From Smithella sp. SCADC (GTDB taxonomy: Bacteria > Desulfobacterota > Syntrophia > Syntrophales > Smithellaceae): a stretch of 64,000 bases of DNA. This document shows, piece after piece, positions 37,766 through 43,736 of this stretch. The stretch lies in the NCBI GenBank assembly GCA_000747625.2, contig JQDQ01000193.1, positions 63-64,062 of the forward strand, in the 5' to 3' direction. Numbering within the stretch: the first letter of the stretch is position 1; the number at the start of each line of letters is the position of its first letter. A model generated the notes under the pieces. It was not told the origin of the DNA. It saw only the letters and a list, made by a program, of their open reading frames with translations, and searched no databases. The position numbers and the translations under genes are program-made.

Positions 37766-37794
37766 TATATACTCTCTGATGTTTAAGGTGTCAA
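37766..37794 (-). promoter_or_regulatory. near-consensus sigma70 promoter upstream of the HNH/YkgJ operon
   Basis: The minus strand reads TTGACA (37794-37789), a 17-nt spacer, then TATATA (37771-37766), about 130 nt upstream of the HNH ATG. Confidence 0.45.
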
Positions 37795-37934
37795 CTTCGA
37801 TACGCTTTGGTGTCGGAATCCGTTCATCGCAATGAGAAAATTATACCAGTTCGCCATCAAACATTAAACATTAGTATGGGTCTTTAGACCCATTGAACAG
37901 ACGAACCTGAAGGTTCGTACTACATTACCTCCCT

Positions 37935-38085
37935 TAAGATTCCTCATCCCGACACATCGGGATTCGGAATGACATTTTTCTTTTTGCGTCACAGTCTCAT
38001 CGACGGGAATGATAAAATAAAATATCACACTCCCTCAATCCCGCCCCCGGCATACGCCGGGCAGGCTCTCAAGGGCGGGAAGACA
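37935..38085 (-). repeat. diverged inverted member of the 108-nt repeat family
   Basis: It contains catcccgacacatcgggattcggaatgac and cactccctcaatcccgcccc...ctcaagggcgggaag. These correspond to the two hairpin modules of the 34607 unit in reverse orientation. Confidence 0.5.
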
Positions 38086-38092
38086 GAATTTT

Positions 38093-38262
38093 TTATTTTG
38101 CCTCATTTTCTAATTTCAACTGTCTGATTAGAAAGCTGTCTAACTGTTTGGCAAAGGCCTGTCGGTCTTTTTTGGTAAACTCGGCAGGGCCGCCTGTCAT
38201 CATGCCATTATCTCTTAGTTCATTGAGCAAATCGCGCATGGCCAGACGATCTTTGATGTTGT
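38093..38262 (-). pseudogene. duplicated 3' fragment of the yaiI-like gene
   Basis: About 170 nt align with 40209-40378, with roughly 16 mismatches by eye. It encodes ...IKDRLAMRDLLNELRDNGMMTGGPAEFTKKDRQAFAKQLDSFLIRQLKLENEAK*. There is no N-terminal part. Confidence 0.8.
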
Positions 38263-38395
38263 AGGTGTCGACCCGTCCGCGTTGGGATATTATTTTAAAA
38301 TGATGATGTCTCTTACGCCTACGTTTTACATCATACAAAAAATATTTTTTGTTGGTGGCAAAACACCATCCAATGCTGAGCTTCCTTCTGGTTCC

Positions 38396-39316
38396 TCATC
38401 TTTTGTTATCCGCGGCAACAAGTGATTCCATGGCCTTGTTAATCCTTTTCAATGCCCGTTCTAAATCAAATTTATCCCTCTCCACCCTGGTCAGCACTTC
38501 AATCAATTCCTCTTTAACGCGTGAGCGCATGTCTTTTATTTCCGTGTCCGTCCGTCCCATATTCACCAGATATTTCTTGAGATTCGCATCGCCGCCGTCT
38601 TCAATCAGCTTTTGACGGAAAAGATCCATTACCTGCCGGTTTGCCGGATTAAATTTATTGCGCAGGATGAAATCGAGGTCGTAAAAATCACGCGGCGCTA
38701 TGTCTTTTCTTAAGGCCGCCGCTCTCAGTTTTTCGCTGACGATTTCATTCAGCGCCAGACAGTTGACTGTGCCTGCGTCAAAGAGAGATGCGCCGGTGAA
38801 GGGATGGATGTATTGATGTTGAATCCGGCGCGCTTCGGGCGCCAGTAGCGGATTGAAGCGGAGACTTATTTCCAGTTTGATGGTTTGTTTCACCGGAATC
38901 GTCACGGCATCATATTCAAAATAGTAGATGTACTGTCTTGATTCATTTCGCCCGGCCTGATCGGCGCCAATCAGCCGAAAGCCTAAATGACCGGAAAAGG
39001 CCTCAATGTTATTCTTAATTGTTTGCATGGCCTTGCGCCGAGTGCCCCTTGTTGCGGTTACTTCGGGCAAACGCAAAATGAAATCCAGATCTTCGCTCAA
39101 CCGGTAATAGGAATAATATATTTTGTTAAGACAGGTTCCGCCCTTGAATATCAAATCCGGACTGAGTTCATTTATTTTGGAAAGTATGAAGGTTAGATAA
39201 TAGTCCTTTTCCATGAGTGGCGTGTAAAAACCGGCTCGCGTTGCCGTCCGGTCAACCAGGTCACGGAAGCTTTCTTTATCCTTGTGCAGCAGAAACGATG
39301 ACGCGCCATTTTTCAT
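38396..39316 (-). CDS. AbiEii/AbiGii-family nucleotidyltransferase toxin (DUF1814)
   Basis: FKGGTCLNKIYYSYYRLSEDLDF is the hallmark NTase motif of AbiEii. The protein is ~300 aa and is paired with an AbiEi-like gene upstream. Confidence 0.8.
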   Translation of the reverse strand: MKNGASSFLLHKDKESFRDLVDRTATRAGFYTPLMEKDYYLTFILSKINELSPDLIFKGGTCLNKIYYSYYRLSEDLDFILRLPEVTATRGTRRKAMQTIKNNIEAFSGHLGFRLIGADQAGRNESRQYIYYFEYDAVTIPVKQTIKLEISLRFNPLLAPEARRIQHQYIHPFTGASLFDAGTVNCLALNEIVSEKLRAAALRKDIAPRDFYDLDFILRNKFNPANRQVMDLFRQKLIEDGGDANLKKYLVNMGRTDTEIKDMRSRVKEELIEVLTRVERDKFDLERALKRINKAMESLVAADNKR

Positions 39317-40097
39317 TGATTTTACCTTTTCGATCGCCCGTAAAAGAAATCAGTGATGTTTTCTTAACGCTTTTAGCCAGCGGCGCGAGCATCTTTTCAT
39401 TCACGCCGGATTTTTCAAGGGTTAGACCTATGAGCTTGCGCGTTTTAATGACGGGAAATTTTACTGTGTATTCAATTAATTTTTTTACATCGCATTTACC
39501 GGCTTTAATAGTTCTATTCAGAATGTCGATGGCGGCGTTCGGGCCACCCACCGGTTTGCTGTAATAAAACAAATCAACAAGCGTTCTTTCTCTGCTGGTG
39601 ACAACGGCCTTTTTGCCGTTGATGTCAATTTCTTCCAGCCCATAAAATCTTTGCGCGGCGATTTTAATGAATTTAAACGACAGGCCGGCAATGATTCTCT
39701 CGCGGGATATTCTGGTATTTAAAACGTAAACTGTCTGAAATTGCTGACTGGTGAAATTATAATAGTTGTACATGACGGAATAGCCGATATAGTAATTGCC
39801 TCGCGGAAAAAATACGGCAGGGATCAGAAATTCGCTGATACGGCGTCCCGTGGATACCGCCTCAAGAGGAACGAAAATGTAAACGCCATTTTTAATGGGA
39901 ATTAATATTTTCTTCTTTCTGAGATTGTAAACTAATTTCCGCCTGTAAGAAAAGCCGCGCGGCAAATAACTGTCCAGTTCCCCGGCGGTGACAATGTCCT
40001 TTTTTTCGTAAGACATGCGTGCCACCAGTTCGGCTTCTTTGCCAGTCAGCGAGCTTACTGTATTTTTGTTTATCATATGTGCCTTATTTTGGAACAA
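39276..40097 (-). CDS. AbiEi-family antitoxin/transcriptional regulator (type IV TA)
   Basis: The 273-aa protein has an N-terminal wHTH-like segment. It overlaps the AbiEii start by 41 nt, the standard AbiE operon layout. Confidence 0.65.
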   Translation of the reverse strand: MFQNKAHMINKNTVSSLTGKEAELVARMSYEKKDIVTAGELDSYLPRGFSYRRKLVYNLRKKKILIPIKNGVYIFVPLEAVSTGRRISEFLIPAVFFPRGNYYIGYSVMYNYYNFTSQQFQTVYVLNTRISRERIIAGLSFKFIKIAAQRFYGLEEIDINGKKAVVTSRERTLVDLFYYSKPVGGPNAAIDILNRTIKAGKCDVKKLIEYTVKFPVIKTRKLIGLTLEKSGVNEKMLAPLAKSVKKTSLISFTGDRKGKINEKWRVIVSAAQG

Positions 40098-40208
40098 TCG
40101 CTACACATTAATGCAATGCAACAATAGCAGATTTATCCGGATTGTCAATCAATAAAAAGCGGTCGTAAAAGAGTGATGTTCTGTGAATTTGCAACAACAT
40201 AGCATTCA

Positions 40209-40676
40209 TTACTTCGCTTTGTTTTCTAATTTCAACTGCCGGATTAAAAAGCTGTCCAGTTGGTTGGCAAAGGCCTGCCGGTCTTTTTTGGTAAACTCAG
40301 CGGGGCCGCCTGTCATCATGCCATTATCTCTTAGTTCATTGAGTAAATCGCGCATGGCCAGACGATCTTTGATGTTGTGTTCTGTGTAGAGTTTGCCGCG
40401 TGGATTAATCGCAAAAGCTTTTTTGGCGACTACCCGGTCGGCAAGCGGGATATCGGCTGTTATCACGAGATCGCCCGGTTGCACTAATTGGGCAATGCGG
40501 TCATCAGCCACATCAGCTCCCTCCGGAACCATGATCAGGGATATATTTGCCATCTTTTCCAGGCGTAACGGTTTATTGGCCACAAAGATCAGGGGAATGT
40601 TTAACCGCAAGGATGCTTTGATTAAGATGTCTTTGATAACATTCGGGAACGCATCTGCATCAACAAATATCTGCAT
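40209..40676 (-). CDS. yaiI: YaiI/YqxD family protein (UPF0178/DUF188)
   Basis: MQIFVDADAFPNVIKDIL...VANK...VPEGADVADD.I......GDLVITADIPLA matches the family. I take the ATG at 40676 as the start rather than 40733. Confidence 0.75.
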   Translation of the reverse strand: MQIFVDADAFPNVIKDILIKASLRLNIPLIFVANKPLRLEKMANISLIMVPEGADVADDRIAQLVQPGDLVITADIPLADRVVAKKAFAINPRGKLYTEHNIKDRLAMRDLLNELRDNGMMTGGPAEFTKKDRQAFANQLDSFLIRQLKLENKAK

Positions 40677-40920
40677 AAAACCTCTGTTTAAATTTGTACA
40701 TGGCAAAGTCCGTGTGTATAGAGACCTTTGCATAACTGTAAAAAATCAGCAATTATGTCTGGCGAAGGCCGGTATCCAGTATTATCAATCCTTTCCCAGA
40801 TTCCCGCCTTCGCGAGAATGACGAGTAGAAGTGTTTTGCAAAGAGTTTATACTTTTTTTATTATACCATTTTAACATTAAAGATGATATCGCGGCGTGCA
40901 GTGAATTGCCAATGCAATAA

Positions 40921-41048
40921 TGTCCCCCGCTGGCGGGGGCAGGGGGTGGAAATTTCAATGCATCCATAATGTTCATCCAAATTATAAGCCGAAAGTTATT
41001 TGTCCACCTCCGTCCCGATTGCATCGGGACACCTCCGCCAGCGGAGGA
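40921..41048 (+). repeat. ~125-nt hairpin-capped element, copy 1
   Basis: It is a direct repeat of 42589-42710, with about a dozen differences including a 3-nt gap. The ends are GC hairpins, cccccgc-tg-gcggggg and cctccgc-ca-gcggagg. Confidence 0.85.
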
Positions 41049-41228
41049 CACAAAAAAGCACATAATGACATGAACTTTAATTTGACACGTTCTCTTCGTA
41101 ACCTGAGTAAGCTAAAGGTCACACAGGGTCACACGAGGGAGAGGAGCTATATGGATTGCCTGGTCAACCGGCATGCGCCGGACCGCGATCTGTAAAATGA
41201 CAGAAGGGCAATGGATTCCCGCTTTCAC

Positions 41229-42392
41229 TCATCGGGAAGGCAATTTCAAGACGCCGATGTCTTTCAGCGGAAGAACAGTAATTTTTTCATGAACCGGATA
41301 CTTTGCAATGCCGGGATAAACAACCCACAAATGATCCGGTTTCAATGTGTCCAGCGCCGAACGCATGGATTTGGTTATAACAGGTGTTTCGCTATACTTA
41401 AATTCGACGCCATAGCGCCGCCCACTATGAAGGAAAAAAAGATCCAGCTCTGCGCCGCTGTAAGTTGACCAGAAATACACCTGCTTCGTTTCGAGGACGT
41501 TGAGCGTCTGTTCCAGGGCAAAACCTTCCCATGACGCACCGACACGCGGATGGCCGTTCAGCGCATGGAAATCCGTGAGACTCAACAATTGATGGAGAAT
41601 CCCGGAATCACGAAAATAGATTTTGGGCGCTTTCACCTGACGCTTGCTCAGATTTTCGTGCCAGGGCATCAACTGACGAATTATGAAAGTCCCTGAAAGA
41701 ATCTCCAGATAACCGCGCATGGTTTTGTCGGAAAATCCCATGGCCCGCCCCAGTTCTGAAGCATTCCAGATCTGTCCGTGATAGTGCGCCAGCATGGTCC
41801 AGAAACGCCTCATGGAGGCAGCCGGAATAGAAATGCCAAGCCGGGGAATATCGCGCTCCAGAAAAGTCCGGATGAATCCCTCACGCCAGGAGGCGCTGTC
41901 CTTTTCGGAAGATGCAAGAAAAGAACGGGGAAATCCACCCCGAACCCAGAGTTGACGCTCGTCTTTGGGCTTGACTTCCGCAAGCGTAAAACCCGTCAAT
42001 TCCACAAATTCAACACGTCCGGCAAGCGTTTCCGAGGCTTTCTTGATAAGTTCCGGCGACGCGCTGCCCAAAATTAAAAAACGGGTCCGGTTTTTGGGCC
42101 GGTCCACGAGAACCCTCAACACATCGAAAAGTTCCGGCATGCTCTGGATTTCGTCCAGAATAACTGTACCCTGGAGTCCACTCAGGGCAAGTTCGGGATT
42201 TTGGAGCCTTGTCTGGTCAGGCCGGGATTCGAGGTCGAAATAAGCCGCCGTCCGGTTTTGACCAAACATCCGCGCCAGGGTGGTCTTGCCGCACTGCCGG
42301 GGGCCAAGCAGAGCAGTCACCGGCGACCGCCGCAAGGCATCAGAGAGTTTTTCTATAAAGGAAGGTCGTTTAATCATGGCATGATTATACAT
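41229..42392 (-). CDS. AAA-ATPase (AAA_14-like) with DUF4143 and PD-(D/E)xK-like C-terminus, paralog 2
   Basis: It shows LGPRQCGKTT, ILDEIQ, ERDI...RRFWTMLAHYHGQ and GAELDLF...GVEFKY. By eye, more than half of positions are identical to paralog 1. An alternative start is at 42377. Confidence 0.75.
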   Translation of the reverse strand: MYNHAMIKRPSFIEKLSDALRRSPVTALLGPRQCGKTTLARMFGQNRTAAYFDLESRPDQTRLQNPELALSGLQGTVILDEIQSMPELFDVLRVLVDRPKNRTRFLILGSASPELIKKASETLAGRVEFVELTGFTLAEVKPKDERQLWVRGGFPRSFLASSEKDSASWREGFIRTFLERDIPRLGISIPAASMRRFWTMLAHYHGQIWNASELGRAMGFSDKTMRGYLEILSGTFIIRQLMPWHENLSKRQVKAPKIYFRDSGILHQLLSLTDFHALNGHPRVGASWEGFALEQTLNVLETKQVYFWSTYSGAELDLFFLHSGRRYGVEFKYSETPVITKSMRSALDTLKPDHLWVVYPGIAKYPVHEKITVLPLKDIGVLKLPSR

Positions 42393-42426
42393 TGAATATT
42401 CGGAATGTCAATCCGAATATTCAATG
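42390..42426. promoter_or_regulatory. perfect 15-bp-arm palindrome at the 5' end of ATPase paralog 2
   Basis: cattgaatattcgga (42390-42404), loop atgtcaa, then tccgaatattcaatg (42412-42426). The left arm includes the ATG at 42392. A TATAAT lies just inside on the minus strand (42384-42389). Confidence 0.5.
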
Positions 42427-42588
42427 TATTTATTTCATGATGTCCTGCATCCCCGTCTTGTGTAAGTTCTTTCTTTATATCCATCTGGTTTATCACTTTC
42501 CACGGCATAGAATATCCTCCTTGCCGTGTAGTGTAAACCATGTGCCCGGTTTGTTTTGTATACTATCTTACCGGTTTGTACCTGCGTT

Positions 42589-42710
42589 TGTCCCCCGCTG
42601 GCGGGGGAAGGGGGTGGAAATTTTAAGGCATCCATAATGTTCATCCAAATTATAAGCCGAAAGTTATTTATCCACCTTCGTCACTACGGGACACCTCCGC
42701 CAGCGGAGGA
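42589..42710 (+). repeat. ~125-nt hairpin-capped element, copy 2
   Basis: See 40921-41048. Confidence 0.85.
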
Positions 42711-42874
42711 GAGGCAATGATATTTTCGCCCATTTCTACAAAGACTTATACGCTGGGCTTACTCTCAAGGGCGGCGAGAAAAGCGGGCTGAATTTATCCT
42801 TTGAAATATGCATATAATTGTTATATTAATTTACATATAAATACTTTCAGTTAATCAATGGGGTCCGCAGTAAA

Positions 42875-43717
42875 ATGAAAAAAGAAACTGAAACAAAAAC
42901 GATGCGTCCGGAACTTATCGAGATGATTAGAAGGCACGCTTTTGGTCTTGATGAAAATCGTCCTGACGCAGTGGCAAAACGTCAAAAAAAGAATCAGAGA
43001 ACAGCCCGCGCTAATGTTGAAGATTTATGCGATGCCGGAAGTTTTATCGAATATGGCGCTCTGGCGATTGCCGCGCAGCGTGGCAGGCGTTCGGAAGAAG
43101 ATTTAATCAGCAAAACTCCCGCCGACGGAATGATTGCCGGTGTCGGCCCGGTAAACGGATCTTTTTTCGCGGAAGGGGCGGACAAGGCGGCTAAACTTAT
43201 GCAGATTTGCCAGGCACACGGTCTGCCGATTTTGTCTTTGTGCGACACGCCCGGTTTTATGGTTGGTCCGGAAATAGAGAAACGCGCACAGGTACGTCAT
43301 GTCTGCCGGATGTTTGTCATCGGCTCGCATCTGACAGTGCCTTATTTCACGGTTGTTCTGCGCCGCGGCTACGGATTAGGCGCAATGGCCATGACCAAGG
43401 GAGGTTTCCATGAATCCTTCTTCACGGCCGCCTGGCCGACCGGGGAGTTTGGCGCCATGGGCATCGAAGGGGCCATCAAGGCCGGTTTTAAAAAGGAGTT
43501 GGCCGCGATCGAAGACCCGGCTCAACGCGAAAAGTTATATGAACAACTGGTTGGTGAACTATACAAGCGCGGCAAGGCCATCAATATGGCTTCTTATCTG
43601 GAAATAGATTCTGTCATAGATCCGGCAGATACCCGCAAGTGGATTATGCAGGGCATTAAATCCGTGCCCGTTCAGCAGTCCTCCGGGGTAGGCCATAATT
43701 TTATCGATCCATGGTAA
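42875..43717 (+). CDS. carboxyltransferase-family protein (acyl-CoA carboxylase beta type), unusually short, apparently internally deleted
   Basis: The N-terminal piece ARANVEDLCDAGSFIEYG...TPADGMIAGVGPVNG joins directly to the C-terminal subdomain AAKLMQICQAHGLPILSLCDTPGFMVGPEIE...VVLRRGYGLGAMAM...IDSVIDPADTR. It is ~280 aa, whereas I expect roughly 500 aa or more for this family. Confidence 0.5.
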   Translation: MKKETETKTMRPELIEMIRRHAFGLDENRPDAVAKRQKKNQRTARANVEDLCDAGSFIEYGALAIAAQRGRRSEEDLISKTPADGMIAGVGPVNGSFFAEGADKAAKLMQICQAHGLPILSLCDTPGFMVGPEIEKRAQVRHVCRMFVIGSHLTVPYFTVVLRRGYGLGAMAMTKGGFHESFFTAAWPTGEFGAMGIEGAIKAGFKKELAAIEDPAQREKLYEQLVGELYKRGKAINMASYLEIDSVIDPADTRKWIMQGIKSVPVQQSSGVGHNFIDPW

Positions 43718-43736
43718 GAATAAGAAAGGAGAGATT

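Noticed and set aside
40117-40204. Two copies of TGCAACAA(N1-3)TAGCA upstream of the AbiEi gene as a possible AbiEi operator
   Set aside because: These are short direct (not inverted) motifs ~70 nt apart. That is too little information to separate them from chance in AT-rich intergenic DNA.
34580-42874. Idea that the island is an integron-like cassette array with the hairpin repeats acting as attC sites
   Set aside because: There is no intI gene. The cassettes are in mixed orientation. I could not find the RYYYAAC / GTTRRRY core sites at the repeat ends.
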